From an uncultured virus (IMG/VR IMGVR_UViG_3300020148_000038) (Duplodnaviria; Heunggongvirae; Uroviricota; Caudoviricetes), in IMG/VR virus record IMGVR_UViG_3300020148_000038: 64,000 nt of DNA; one strand, given 5' to 3'. The number at the start of each line of letters is the position of its first letter. Within the stretch, counting starts at the first letter, position 1. The notes beneath the pieces were generated by a model. That model saw only the letters and a list, made by a program, of their open reading frames with translations, was not told the origin of the DNA and searched no databases. Positions 1-9,819 of the stretch are shown here, in pieces. The translations under genes were made by a program, and so were the position numbers.

Positions 1-603
1 ATGGGATTCACACAGCATTGGGGCAACGGAAATTTTACAATCACCCCGGAGTTGCTAAAGGACATCAAAGCCATCATTGCCGAATCTGAGCGTAGAGGTA
101 TCGAAATTCGTGGGGCTGATGGAACCGGTTCACCAGTTTTAACTGAGCGTCAAATAATCTTCAATGGTGATCAGAATTCCAGCAATGATTACGAAACCTT
201 CTGGTTGGAAAATGATGGGTTCGGCGGTTCTTGTAAAACCGCGAGAATGCCATATGATTCCACCGTTTGCGCCATCCTGCTTCGCGTTTCCGAATCGAAC
301 CCACAGTTCATTTTCCATTCCGAAGGGGACTGGGATGATGAGTGGGTTCCGGCTCGTGAGATATATGAATCCGCTTTGAATAGAGAAGCCGAGATGCCAA
401 CGCGGGTTAATGAGAATGGTTCACCTATGGTGACAACATCCGAGGGCAGAAGAAAGATTTACGAGAGTCGCATTCGCGCTATTGATAAAGAGGTTCTTTG
501 GAGAAAGAAGGCTGAGAAAGAAGCCGGTGTTTGTGGTATGTGGATGCCAAGAGCTAAGAGAACCTGCACACTGAACGCGCTTCATAACGGACCTCATCGT
601 TAA
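1..603 (+). CDS. Hypothetical protein with C-terminal Cys/His (Zn-finger-like) motif
   Basis: 200-aa ORF; ends CGMWMPRAKRTCTLNALHNGPHR; upstream context outside window. Confidence 0.75.
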   Translation: MGFTQHWGNGNFTITPELLKDIKAIIAESERRGIEIRGADGTGSPVLTERQIIFNGDQNSSNDYETFWLENDGFGGSCKTARMPYDSTVCAILLRVSESNPQFIFHSEGDWDDEWVPAREIYESALNREAEMPTRVNENGSPMVTTSEGRRKIYESRIRAIDKEVLWRKKAEKEAGVCGMWMPRAKRTCTLNALHNGPHR

Positions 604-645
604 TCTGATATTGGCTGATACTAACACTGTGGTAGTCTTCTCTTT

Positions 646-903
646 ATGTATGCAGGAAGGCGTAAAGGCTGGCGGGTCATTGTCGTCTCTTTCGAGAGCA
701 ACGGTCCTTCCTGGAGACTAAACAAAGTGTGGAAAACTTCCAAAACCAACAAACCTTCTAAGTCCGGGTTGCCGTATAAATACTCCGCTCAACTGAACGA
801 ACGTGAAGCTCGTAAGGCGATTGCCGACTATAAGAGGGACGGGTTGGAAGCGCGTCTGGTGAATCCCGAAGGTGAAACTGTGCTTTGGGTCAATAAAGTC
901 TGA
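646..903 (+). CDS. Hypothetical basic protein
   Basis: 85-aa ORF; TAGTCT -10-like box 7 nt before ATG. Confidence 0.65.
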   Translation: MYAGRRKGWRVIVVSFESNGPSWRLNKVWKTSKTNKPSKSGLPYKYSAQLNEREARKAIADYKRDGLEARLVNPEGETVLWVNKV

Positions 904-972
904 CACCGTTCTTATCCTATCGCATATCCCATTCATCAACATATTGCTCCGGTCGGTGAATCTTCTTGTGTT

Positions 973-993
973 GTGGTAGGTGTGGACTATTAT
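973..993 (+). promoter_or_regulatory. GT-class promoter (GTGG-N11-TATTAT), leaderless
   Basis: 6 nt before ATG 1000. Confidence 0.55.
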
Positions 994-999
994 TTTCGT

Positions 1000-1575
1000 A
1001 TGAACTTGAAGAGGACTCTGGTGGTCGATAAGAACGGCCGACAGACTCATGTGTGGAAGAAGGATGAGTCTTCTGCTGTCCATTCGCGCCGAGAATCTTC
1101 ATCGTATCCTGATTTTTACCTCACTCCACCTATCCACGTCGAACCTTATGATGCTGCTGATAAGGAGGCTATCTGGTCTAGTGTTCATCACATTGTTTCT
1201 GATGGTGGTCTTGAATACGAAAAAGTGATGGGACTGCTAGAGAAATATGAGGTTCTTTATGGTACGCCTCATGTGGGGAGAACTCGTGCCGTGTTTGAAA
1301 GAGGTGATGGTTACGTGGTCAAGGTGGCTATTTCCGATGAAGGGTTTTACGCTAACTTGATGGAGGTTCAAGCATCTTCATCTTCCGATAATTCGTATAT
1401 TCCTATGGCTCGCACTTCTTTCGCTGATGAGGACGAATATAATTCAGTCGTTGTTGCTGAGCAAGTTGTTCCCATCAAACTGGATTTCAAGAAGCTTCCT
1501 GATTGGGTACAATCTGTGGATGGCGGGCAGGTTGGTTATACCAGGGATGGGCGTTTAGTTGCCTATGATTTGTAG
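1000..1575 (+). CDS. DKNG-leader protein with protein-kinase-like cargo
   Basis: Starts MNLKRTLVVDKNGRQTHVWKK; GRTRAVF..YVVKVA..NLME and GYTRDGRLVAYD resemble a minimal kinase-like fold; start re-assigned from 973. Confidence 0.65.
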   Translation: MNLKRTLVVDKNGRQTHVWKKDESSAVHSRRESSSYPDFYLTPPIHVEPYDAADKEAIWSSVHHIVSDGGLEYEKVMGLLEKYEVLYGTPHVGRTRAVFERGDGYVVKVAISDEGFYANLMEVQASSSSDNSYIPMARTSFADEDEYNSVVVAEQVVPIKLDFKKLPDWVQSVDGGQVGYTRDGRLVAYDL

Positions 1576-1597
1576 TCGGTGCACCGCATAACGCCAA

Positions 1598-1626
1598 TTG
1601 ACATCAGAACTACAAACTGCTAGTAT
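1598..1626 (+). promoter_or_regulatory. sigmaA-type promoter TTGACA-17-TAGTAT, leaderless
   Basis: 6 nt before ATG 1633. Confidence 0.75.
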
Positions 1627-1632
1627 TGTTAT

Positions 1633-2244
1633 ATGAATATTACTTCCGGGACTCATTATGAGGTTCTTGGTGTCGATTCCAAGGCTACTGCTGAAGACAT
1701 CAAGCGTGCCTACCGGAAGCTTGTTCGTGTTCATCACCCCGACCGGGGAGGCGATTCCTCCATCTTCGTGAAGGTTCAAGAGGCTTACGATACCCTTTCG
1801 TCGCCTGGCAAGAGGATCGTGTACGACCGTAGCCTGGAATTCAACATCAGAAGCGGTTCTGGTTCATCGTCAAGCTCTGCATCTTCTGAGTCTGAGTGGC
1901 GGGATTCCGATGAGTATTATGCCGCAAGGGGTTGGGCGGATGACGAGGAAGATGACGGGTATTACAACTCGCACGACATGAGCGATGAGGAATACGACCG
2001 GGTTCATTTCGGGGCGGATTACGACTATTTCGGTGAGTCGGATGCTGCCTATAATGAGATTATCGACCTGATGGACAATATGCGAAGGGTTCTGCATGTG
2101 GTTCCGGATCTTTTTGATGCCATCGAGAAAGAATTGAATGCCGGGGTGAAGAATTTCGATGACAAAATCAAGATTCTGAGCGAAATCGGCAATCTTTTGG
2201 TCAGGGGCGCACAGGAGATGCGCGGTAGCGCCAACGAACTCTGA
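1633..2244 (+). CDS. DnaJ (J-domain) protein, class III type
   Basis: HYEVLGV..IKRAYRKLVRVHHPDRGG..F..VQEAYDTLS..R..YD; acidic linker follows. Confidence 0.9.
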   Translation: MNITSGTHYEVLGVDSKATAEDIKRAYRKLVRVHHPDRGGDSSIFVKVQEAYDTLSSPGKRIVYDRSLEFNIRSGSGSSSSSASSESEWRDSDEYYAARGWADDEEDDGYYNSHDMSDEEYDRVHFGADYDYFGESDAAYNEIIDLMDNMRRVLHVVPDLFDAIEKELNAGVKNFDDKIKILSEIGNLLVRGAQEMRGSANEL

Positions 2245-2261
2245 GCTATGCTCTACCCTGT

Positions 2262-2282
2262 GTGGTTTGCATGCTGTAACAT
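2262..2282 (+). promoter_or_regulatory. GT-class promoter (GTGG-N11-TAACAT), leaderless
   Basis: 7 nt before ATG 2290. Confidence 0.55.
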
Positions 2283-2289
2283 TTAGGTT

Positions 2290-3630
2290 ATGAATCAGAA
2301 AGTTCCTAAGCACATTGTTGACAAGAATGGTAAACGAACCACCGTATACGTCAATCCTTACGAAGTCGATAAGAGTAAGAAGCGTTCTGTTTCTCAACCG
2401 GCGCAATCTCTTTCTCAGGAGGACGAGTTGAGGAAGCATTATGACGACCTTTTTGATTCATTGGTTGCGAAGGCTCAATTAGACCTCGGTTCCCTTCCTT
2501 TGGATAACGCGGGAATGAGTCTCAGGGATAAATGGGACAGCATGATCGATGCTTTATCCAATGGTTCGAGGCTCACACAAGAGGAAGCTCTGACGAAGCG
2601 TTTGGGTTTGAATTTCGGTCGTCTTCGTGCAGGCCCGTACTTGGTTTGGGAAGATGACACTGATGATATAGAAGATATGAAACTCATCTCTTCACTTGAT
2701 GTTCCGGTTTGGAATGAAGACCGGAAAGCTTTGATTGTTGTTCATACCCGTAATGGTAGTGGTAATAGAGAGTGTTACTGCGAGACGGACGATAAGCATG
2801 ACGAAGGATGCCTCTTTGTCATCAATTCAGAAATGCAGTCACATCCTGATTATGTGAAGGATCAGGATAATTCGTTTGATGGAACTTATGCCGACTTTGC
2901 TTTCGAGATAGATAACACAACTGCTCGGCAGTTGATAATTGATGATGATATCGCTAGTAAGCATATTCGAGCATCCGTGGCGTTGGAGGCTTTTGAAAGG
3001 GGCGACAAAAGCATTGTAGACCTCTTGCCACCCAATCCAAAACGTCAAGAGGCTGTAGAAGAGCTAGATCGTCAAATCTCCGAACTGGGTTCGTCTATTC
3101 GCGTGAAGCTTTCTTCTGGACAAGAATGTGCAGTAAATAATGATTTGGTTCAGGTTTACGATGATGTCTGTGATTTCTTGGAAGGCGGCGGTCGAGGTGA
3201 GGAACCTCAAGAGTCATATATCACTTCGGTTGTATCAAAGACGTTCAAAAACATCTTCAGCGGAAACGCTCATGCTAGAGAAATCATGAAACCGATGAAT
3301 GATTTAAAGTCCGTGCAAGAGGCTGAAGGACTTGTGAAGACGCATGATTATATTGACGCCGAGTTGCAGAAGGATAATCTTCCTGTTGAGTTGAGGACTG
3401 CTCTTGAATATTCAGCCAAGAGTTATGATATTGCAAGTGCTCCGAAGAAGTTTGATGATTACAAGGCGCGATTCGAGAAGTCGTTTGGTGATTTCAAGAG
3501 GGATAGAGACTTGATTCGTGAGGCTGGTAAGAACGCCGACAAGATGGAAGAGTTGAAACGTACTCGGGAAGACATCATTAACAGTTTGAAAGTTCCTGGT
3601 GATTTCAGTTTGAGTAGTCTTGACCTGTGA
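2290..3630 (+). CDS. DKNG-leader protein, unknown cargo
   Basis: MNQKVPKHIVDKNGKRTTVYVNP; 446 aa; HTRNGSGNRECYC motif; helical C-terminus. Confidence 0.85.
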   Translation: MNQKVPKHIVDKNGKRTTVYVNPYEVDKSKKRSVSQPAQSLSQEDELRKHYDDLFDSLVAKAQLDLGSLPLDNAGMSLRDKWDSMIDALSNGSRLTQEEALTKRLGLNFGRLRAGPYLVWEDDTDDIEDMKLISSLDVPVWNEDRKALIVVHTRNGSGNRECYCETDDKHDEGCLFVINSEMQSHPDYVKDQDNSFDGTYADFAFEIDNTTARQLIIDDDIASKHIRASVALEAFERGDKSIVDLLPPNPKRQEAVEELDRQISELGSSIRVKLSSGQECAVNNDLVQVYDDVCDFLEGGGRGEEPQESYITSVVSKTFKNIFSGNAHAREIMKPMNDLKSVQEAEGLVKTHDYIDAELQKDNLPVELRTALEYSAKSYDIASAPKKFDDYKARFEKSFGDFKRDRDLIREAGKNADKMEELKRTREDIINSLKVPGDFSLSSLDL

Positions 3631-3637
3631 CTCTAAC

Positions 3638-3666
3638 TTGACATTTTTGCTTTTTTGGAGTAAAAT
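3638..3666 (+). promoter_or_regulatory. sigmaA-type promoter TTGACA-17-TAAAAT, leaderless
   Basis: 6 nt before ATG 3673. Confidence 0.8.
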
Positions 3667-3672
3667 AATTAC

Positions 3673-4125
3673 ATGACCAGTCAAACCAAGTTGATTCCCA
3701 TGATCAAGAAGTCCTTGAACGAGCTTGCTCCGGGGATGCAGTTCAAGGTTTCCCTGACCAAGCCCAAGTATGCTGGTACTCACTTCTATACTTCGGTTGA
3801 GGTGGAATACAACGAGACTCTTGCTGCCGAGCGTGGAGTGAATCAGAAGATGCTTCGTGAGGCAGTGAAGAAGGTTGTTGACGCTGAGGCTGCTGACTCC
3901 TGGTATGCAGAACTGGGCACGTTGAGCGTTTCCCTCAAGCCGAAGGAAGGCGTTCGCCGCCCGGACAACTCGGCTTTGGTCAGTCATCTTGTGGATGAAA
4001 TCGGGAAGATTTTGCAGAACGCTGTAGACCAAGATGACGTGGCTCGTCAGGTGGTGGCTGTTATCGGTGACAACCTCTCCGGTGATCAGAAGAAGCTTCT
4101 TGCCGATATCGCCGCGAAGCTCTAA
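3673..4125 (+). CDS. Hypothetical protein
   Basis: 150-aa ORF with own promoter and terminator. Confidence 0.85.
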   Translation: MTSQTKLIPMIKKSLNELAPGMQFKVSLTKPKYAGTHFYTSVEVEYNETLAAERGVNQKMLREAVKKVVDAEAADSWYAELGTLSVSLKPKEGVRRPDNSALVSHLVDEIGKILQNAVDQDDVARQVVAVIGDNLSGDQKKLLADIAAKL

Positions 4126-4138
4126 TTCGTAGTTGTTG

Positions 4139-4178
4139 AGAACCCCCGTTAGGATATACGCTAGCGGGGGTTCTTGTT
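4139..4178 (+). terminator. Intrinsic terminator
   Basis: AGAACCCCCGTTAG..CTAGCGGGGGTTCT hairpin then T-rich tract. Confidence 0.75.
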
Positions 4179-4213
4179 TGTGTGATGATACCAAAAGGGC
4201 AGGACTGCTTGAT

Positions 4214-4242
4214 TTGACAAATTCGCATTATCGGGCTAACAT
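4214..4242 (+). promoter_or_regulatory. sigmaA-type promoter TTGACA-17-TAACAT
   Basis: Upstream of GTG 4275. Confidence 0.7.
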
Positions 4243-4274
4243 GTTTGTATCAAGTAGAAGCGGATTGATTATCG

Positions 4275-5006
4275 GTGAGTAAATTCATTGTCAGGTCTTA
4301 CATCCCTGACTATTACAAGGCGATTGCTGTTTTTCGCGAGAATCACCCTGAGTATGTAAAGGCTTTCCGCGATTCTAAGATTGGATATCTACTCAACAAT
4401 AAGGTCGGTAATCATTCGTTCATCGGATTCAGCGAAACCTCTTGGTTCTATGATGCGTTCATCAACCATGAAGATGCCCTACTGAAAATCATCCGGATGT
4501 GGTTGGATATCCGCAAATCGAGTTCTTCTATGAATGCGGCGGATAATCTACTTCATAATATTTTGAAGCGTCTGGGGGACGACCATCTTCAAGTATCCGC
4601 TCGAATGTTCGGGGTGGGTGAAGAATTCGATGCCGTCATTCGACGTGCCAACTCTGCCTCTGTTCCTGCTTACATCAGTGGGCTTGATTTCACTCCTAGG
4701 GCTATTGAAGATATGCTCGATTTCCTTGATGACGTGAACGGTAGATTGCTCTTCCTTAATAAGCAGTTGATTAATGTTGTTTGCGAGCGAGTCTGCGATG
4801 ATAAACAGGACGATGTTCTCAAGTGGTGTGCTTTGTCAGGATTGGGCGATGCGATTGACGTTTCGATACTGGAACGCATGGTGAATTCTAGTGTTGACCC
4901 GGCTGAGGTTTACAGAGCTTCCAAAGAGCTAAAAATCAATTCTTCTGACGCTTTTATCATGGTGGAAGCGGGCGTGGATTTGGATGTTGCTCGCTCCCTG
5001 ACTTGA
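4275..5006 (+). CDS. C-terminal GIDxD-family protein
   Basis: Ends MVEAGVDLDVARSLT. Confidence 0.8.
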   Translation: MSKFIVRSYIPDYYKAIAVFRENHPEYVKAFRDSKIGYLLNNKVGNHSFIGFSETSWFYDAFINHEDALLKIIRMWLDIRKSSSSMNAADNLLHNILKRLGDDHLQVSARMFGVGEEFDAVIRRANSASVPAYISGLDFTPRAIEDMLDFLDDVNGRLLFLNKQLINVVCERVCDDKQDDVLKWCALSGLGDAIDVSILERMVNSSVDPAEVYRASKELKINSSDAFIMVEAGVDLDVARSLT

Positions 5007-5138
5007 TTTCGTCCCTGCCGTGATAGTGATATTCCAATGGTCGCTACTGTATTGTTACGGTTATGTTCCATATAGGTTGTTTGTAAGATTTTTGTAACAT
5101 TTAGCTCATGTTAATTTTGTCACTTAGACAGATGGTGC

Positions 5139-5396
5139 TTATTCTGTATCTTCGACCCAGCATTGTTCAAGTGAACTAGTTCTCCCGGTGATGTCTTCTA
5201 CGATATATCTGACCATCTCTCCACGAGATGAATTTCGATTGAAGGCGACCGGTATCACCGCTGCTGCTATACCGAATCTGTCTCGGCCGTCTCCTATTTT
5301 CTCTACGAATCTACACCCTACATCTTCGGGCTGCATCTTACGAAGTTTGCTCCCCATAGGTTTGTCTGATGCCTGAAATATAACTCTTTGACTCAC
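5139..5396 (-). CDS. Hypothetical protein
   Basis: 85-aa ORF overlapping the upstream stop codon (coupled). Confidence 0.65.
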   Translation of the reverse strand: MSQRVIFQASDKPMGSKLRKMQPEDVGCRFVEKIGDGRDRFGIAAAVIPVAFNRNSSRGEMVRYIVEDITGRTSSLEQCWVEDTE

Positions 5397-5677
5397 TGGT
5401 TGCGTTCTCTCATCTTGATTTTATTTACAGGGATGACCACATATCCTCTATCGGTAAGACGGCTTGCTAATTTCTCGCGCACCCATCTTTCGGAGAGATC
5501 CCAGTCCCACATTTCTCCAATTTGCTCATCGGTGAGCGCGAGGTCGTTGATGTGGTCAAATGTGTATTCTAAATCTTGTATCTTCTTGATTGCTAATTCT
5601 ATTACAGCACGTTCTTCTGTTGAAAGCTTATCGTTGTTGTTAAGAATACTCTTCAAACTGATGGGTAGGTCGCTCAT
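5393..5677 (-). CDS. Hypothetical protein
   Basis: Start MSDLPISL after AAGGAG RBS. Confidence 0.7.
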   Translation of the reverse strand: MSDLPISLKSILNNNDKLSTEERAVIELAIKKIQDLEYTFDHINDLALTDEQIGEMWDWDLSERWVREKLASRLTDRGYVVIPVNKIKMRERNQ

Positions 5678-5750
5678 GCCGAACTCCTTCTGTCTATCGG
5701 AAACAAGCATGTATACGATATCAGTTCAAGCGGGTTTGATGTTTGTTTAA

Positions 5751-5786
5751 AAGAAGAAACAGTCGCCTTTTCGGGACGACTGTTTC
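5751..5786 (-). terminator. Intrinsic terminator
   Basis: GAAACAGTCG..CGACTGTTTC hairpin, U-tract on minus strand, downstream of the 5809-6363 gene. Confidence 0.7.
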
Positions 5787-5808
5787 GGAACTTCTTGGTA
5801 TTGAACTA

Positions 5809-6363
5809 TTAGATGCTCGCCCGATATGACGTGAAATTCTGAATGGCACTGAGTGCCTTCTTGAAGTGCTCGAAGTAGCTGAAAGACATACCAGCGGGTC
5901 GGCGGGAGACAACACTGGTGCCGAAGTTGTTCAGCTCGAAGTCGAATCGGAGCGCCATGTCGGTGACGAGGATGCCGGTGTCACTGACTCGGGCGGCAAT
6001 CAGGAAGTCGTTGGAGAACTCGATGAGGCTCCGCGAGCGAGAGCACTCGAACATGTTGAAAGACTTCTTGAAGGCTCCGAATTCGCTATTGGGCATAGTA
6101 TCGATAGCGTATCCGCCGACGACCGCGATACCATCAGTGTCGTAAATATCTGCCAGTTCGGGGTCGGTTTCACGCAGTTCGGCAAGGTCATTGCTTGCCT
6201 TCTCGGACAGGATGATGCTGGCAGCATAGTCAAGGCGAGCGAGCATCGCCATAACCTCCGGCGACGGAAGCTCGGAAAGATATCCGACGACGTACTGAGG
6301 GTTCGCCTCGTAGATGAAGTCGGTGATAGCTGCGGTACGTGCGGTGGTGGCGATGGTAGTCAT
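5809..6363 (-). CDS. Hypothetical protein
   Basis: Start MTTIATT after GGAAGGA RBS; GC-rich codon usage. Confidence 0.8.
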   Translation of the reverse strand: MTTIATTARTAAITDFIYEANPQYVVGYLSELPSPEVMAMLARLDYAASIILSEKASNDLAELRETDPELADIYDTDGIAVVGGYAIDTMPNSEFGAFKKSFNMFECSRSRSLIEFSNDFLIAARVSDTGILVTDMALRFDFELNNFGTSVVSRRPAGMSFSYFEHFKKALSAIQNFTSYRASI

Positions 6364-6399
6364 TTGGGTTTTCCTTCCGGTGGGGTGTTTCTTATTAGA

Positions 6400-6428
6400 A
6401 TTATACACGAAAATAGTTTTGGATACAA
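6400..6428 (-). promoter_or_regulatory. sigmaA-type promoter TTGTAT-17-TATAAT
   Basis: Upstream of start 6363. Confidence 0.75.
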
Positions 6429-6468
6429 GTATAAGTTTTCGTGCTTCTAGCCAAGGTGAATCACTAGG

Positions 6469-6489
6469 GTCGGCGGATAAAAGTATTAT
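6469..6489 (+). promoter_or_regulatory. GTC-class promoter (GTCG-N11-TATTAT), leaderless
   Basis: 6 nt before ATG 6496. Confidence 0.65.
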
Positions 6490-6495
6490 GTACAT

Positions 6496-7254
6496 ATGGG
6501 AAATAGAGATCACCTCATCAGCAAGTCAATCATCGACAAGAACGGGCATCGTAGAACCGTGAGGGTTCGTCCTGATAATATGGGGACTTCTCAGGGCAGA
6601 GCTTCTAAAGTTCCGGTAGCGAAGGCTTCTGGTAGTGTCGTAAAGAGCGCTCATGCAAAAGCCTTTGAGTGGGCTATAGCATACTTAGCGAGCGGAGATT
6701 GGCAGACATTCCCATATGATGTGCAAGATGACTTGATTAGAAGAGCGCGTTCGGGGAAATTGAGTGAAGAAGAGTTAGCTCTTGCGAAGGAGTTGTCTGA
6801 TGTTGGGGCTGACTGGAATCTTCATACGTTCGCTGCTGAAATAGCGGCTGCGGTTGCTTTGCAGAAGTATAACGATACCGGAGTTATAGAAGATGCGTGG
6901 TCTGTTGCTCGGGCAACGGGAACTCCTGCTGAGCTTATCCAAAAGATTTACCAAGACAACAAGGATAATGCCACGTTTGCATATGCTGTAGCATTGAACG
7001 AGTCGGCACCCCAAGAGCTTCTTTTTGAGCTTGCCGGACATAAAGAAGATTATGTGAGGAAGGCAGTAGCTTCTAATCATAGCTCAGATGATGCGACTCT
7101 TTTGAAGTTGGCTTATGACCCTCATAACGGCGTGAGAATGGATGTTGCTGAGAATCCGTTTGCCAGTGTTAAGGTGCTTGAGGTCTTGGAAGCTGAGGGT
7201 GGCTGGATTGGTCAAGAGGCGAGAAGGAATATCGCTTCTCGCGGCAACGATTGA
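6496..7254 (+). CDS. DKNG-leader protein with LRV/HEAT-like helical repeats
   Basis: MGNRDHLISKSIIDKNGHRRTVRVRP; repeats VRKAVASN..L.KLA.D..VR..VAENP. Confidence 0.85.
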   Translation: MGNRDHLISKSIIDKNGHRRTVRVRPDNMGTSQGRASKVPVAKASGSVVKSAHAKAFEWAIAYLASGDWQTFPYDVQDDLIRRARSGKLSEEELALAKELSDVGADWNLHTFAAEIAAAVALQKYNDTGVIEDAWSVARATGTPAELIQKIYQDNKDNATFAYAVALNESAPQELLFELAGHKEDYVRKAVASNHSSDDATLLKLAYDPHNGVRMDVAENPFASVKVLEVLEAEGGWIGQEARRNIASRGND

Positions 7255-7396
7255 AACTCATAGGGTGGTTCGTTAGCACGCAAATCTATATACCTATTTT
7301 TGGGGGTATAAGCTGTTTCGAATATTTCGTAAAACGGTTTAGTTATGCGTATAAACTAAATCCATAGACACTTTGATGTTGAAGGATTGTGACTCT

Positions 7397-9775
7397 ATGA
7401 AAAGACATATGTTTGGTGATTCCGCCGAGAACTCCATCATGCAAACTATTACGATAGCTGTGTCGGCTATTCTTATTGCTGCTGGATTGGTCACCGCTCC
7501 GGGTCTAATCAACAATGCAAGAGATAACAACGCAAGAACCGACCTTGCCAATATCGCTTATGCGCAAGAGTTCTATCTTTCAACTACCGGGCATTACTAT
7601 GATGTCGATTACACCAATACATTCTTGACCATTGAACAAGAGATTGAATATTACTCCTATATGGGAGATGACACGAAAACAAAAGATGATGCTGTCAATA
7701 ATCTTCAATATCAAGCCAAGAACATAGGATTGAATGGATTGGGGACTTCTGTTGTCTTATCCGCAGATGATGTTGCAGGAGTTGCTTTCACTTTGTCCGG
7801 TGATGTATCTGGACACGCTGTTGAAACCTGTGCAGACACTCCTTACTATCTATTAAAAGACCAATCTGCTTCTGGAACTTGGTTCTATCGAGGTTCCGGT
7901 TCGGCAAAGATTTCCTCTAACTACTGGGATATATACAACAGCATCCCTTCGGAAGTCTTTATGTCTTGTGGTGGATTCGGTGATTACTTTGAAGAGGGCG
8001 GAAGTGGAGATTACACTCCACCGTGGAACGTAGACGACCCAATTCAGGTTACTTACACATTTGATATATCTGCTCAGGGTGCTTGTTATCACTATGACGA
8101 ATCAGACCCAGATCTAGGCGATTATGTAAGCACATCTTGTAACTTCTCTGGATATTCAGAACAAACCCAGGCAGAAGTTAATGCTCTAGGTCCAGCGGCT
8201 AGTTATGTTTATGCTTCGCAGGGGACAAATTGGTGGTACTACCAAGACCTCATTTCCGGTTGGTACTACGATGATGAAGGCGAGAAGCACATCATGGATG
8301 GTTTCTCAAACTGGAATTCTGCTTCTCTTTCATATAGTCCCTCTCAAAACCTGCTATTCACTAATTTTGGTACTTGGTGGGACACCATAGATTATGAGCA
8401 ATCGAATTATGATGATTTGGTATATGGAAGTGCAGAATTTGCCCAAAACGGTGGAGAGATTAAAGTCGCCATGTATGAACAGGATAGCTATACATACATC
8501 GGCGCGGCACTTCTCGTATTCAAGCCAATTGCGGGCAACAGTCCTGAATGGCCAGCTTGGGGAGGATACCCAGAGTTATTCGATGTTCAAACTCCGGAAG
8601 AACCTGAAGCGCCATCTGCATGGACTAGCACTTATATAGATTCTGGTCGGTTTAACGGCTTCACCAACTTCAAAGATGTTGTTTACAGCCCTATCACCGA
8701 CACTTATGTAACGTGGAGCGAAGACGCACTTACTAGCGCGCAGAGAGCTATATATCCACAACCAGTGCCCATCTTTGCATCAAATGATGGAGAGAATTGG
8801 AGCCAAGTTTCGGGACTGCCAGACTGGATTGGTTCGTCAACTGTCACAGATATTGGTTATGGAAATGGCGTCTTCATGTTGATAACCAACAGACAGAAAA
8901 GCTGGATGGATGGATTTGATTACCATGACGGAATCACAAAAGGATACAAACTTGCCGACTACAATACAGCCGCCAATGCATTCACTTCCACAGATGGACT
9001 GAACTGGTACGAAATTTCATTGCCAGATGTTCCAGTAACTCTTGGTTCCAATTTTTATACAGATGGAACCTATTGGAGCCAGATTAACTTTGTTGATGGA
9101 GAACTCACCATTTCCGGTACTAGAGGTGGGCAATACTCAAGTAGTTATTGCTCCACAAGGACTTCTGCTGATCAACCTTATGTTGACGACCCGAGAATTG
9201 CAGTTTGGAATGGTGGAAGCTCGTGGAGCGTCCACGATTTGAATGGAGTTCCCAGTTCAGAAGGAAGTTTGTGTGCATTGCATCCTAAGAACATAGCATA
9301 TGGAAACGGGGTGTATGTAGGCACTGTAGGACAAAGTGTTATGTATTCCTACGATTTAATTAACTGGAGCAGCAGCAATATTAATGGCGAAGCTGGAACA
9401 GCAGCCAGAAACGTCAGAGATAATGAGTCTATTGTCGTATTTGCTAATGGAACTTTCGTGATTGGCGACAGCTTCGACGGGTCTAATAGAGGCGTCGTAT
9501 ACTCCAATGATGGAATTAATTTCCAGTCGGTAGGTTTCTCTAACGCCTGTACGCCTACATCCATAGTTTATGCAGGCGATGAGTTTGTAACATTGGGTGG
9601 AGATGCAAGTTGTAACCAAAAGTCTCATAGCTGGTCTTCATCAGATGGAGCAACTTGGACTCAAACATTAGATGATCAATTGAGATTTGGCGCTTTCAAC
9701 AGCATGACTTACGCAGAAGGACACCTCTTCGCTATCAATAAAACTGGTGATACCATTTACACTTACGAAGTGTAA
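7397..9775 (+). CDS. Pilin-like N-terminus family copy 1; C-terminal Asp-box beta-propeller-like domain
   Basis: AENSIMQTITIAVSAILIAAGLVTAPGLINNARDNNARTDLANIAYAQE; Asp-boxes SNDGENW, STDGLNW, SSDGATW; start after GAAGGA RBS. Confidence 0.85.
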   Translation: MKRHMFGDSAENSIMQTITIAVSAILIAAGLVTAPGLINNARDNNARTDLANIAYAQEFYLSTTGHYYDVDYTNTFLTIEQEIEYYSYMGDDTKTKDDAVNNLQYQAKNIGLNGLGTSVVLSADDVAGVAFTLSGDVSGHAVETCADTPYYLLKDQSASGTWFYRGSGSAKISSNYWDIYNSIPSEVFMSCGGFGDYFEEGGSGDYTPPWNVDDPIQVTYTFDISAQGACYHYDESDPDLGDYVSTSCNFSGYSEQTQAEVNALGPAASYVYASQGTNWWYYQDLISGWYYDDEGEKHIMDGFSNWNSASLSYSPSQNLLFTNFGTWWDTIDYEQSNYDDLVYGSAEFAQNGGEIKVAMYEQDSYTYIGAALLVFKPIAGNSPEWPAWGGYPELFDVQTPEEPEAPSAWTSTYIDSGRFNGFTNFKDVVYSPITDTYVTWSEDALTSAQRAIYPQPVPIFASNDGENWSQVSGLPDWIGSSTVTDIGYGNGVFMLITNRQKSWMDGFDYHDGITKGYKLADYNTAANAFTSTDGLNWYEISLPDVPVTLGSNFYTDGTYWSQINFVDGELTISGTRGGQYSSSYCSTRTSADQPYVDDPRIAVWNGGSSWSVHDLNGVPSSEGSLCALHPKNIAYGNGVYVGTVGQSVMYSYDLINWSSSNINGEAGTAARNVRDNESIVVFANGTFVIGDSFDGSNRGVVYSNDGINFQSVGFSNACTPTSIVYAGDEFVTLGGDASCNQKSHSWSSSDGATWTQTLDDQLRFGAFNSMTYAEGHLFAINKTGDTIYTYEV
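7538..7605 (+). repeat. 68-bp exact repeat shared with 27319-27386
   Basis: ACCGACCTTGCCAATATCGCTTATGCGCAAGAGTTCTATCTTTCAACTACCGGGCATTACTATGATGT in pilin-like copies 1 and 4. Confidence 0.85.
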
Positions 9776-9819
9776 ATATCGTCGCCTCATGATTTAATTT
9801 TAGCGAAAGAAGGTCAATT

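Noticed and set aside
3412..4194. Long antisense ORFs (e.g. 3412-4194, 5866-6450, 12536-13231, 59791-60462)
   Set aside because: Shadow frames of better-supported genes that have promoters, RBS, terminators or family motifs
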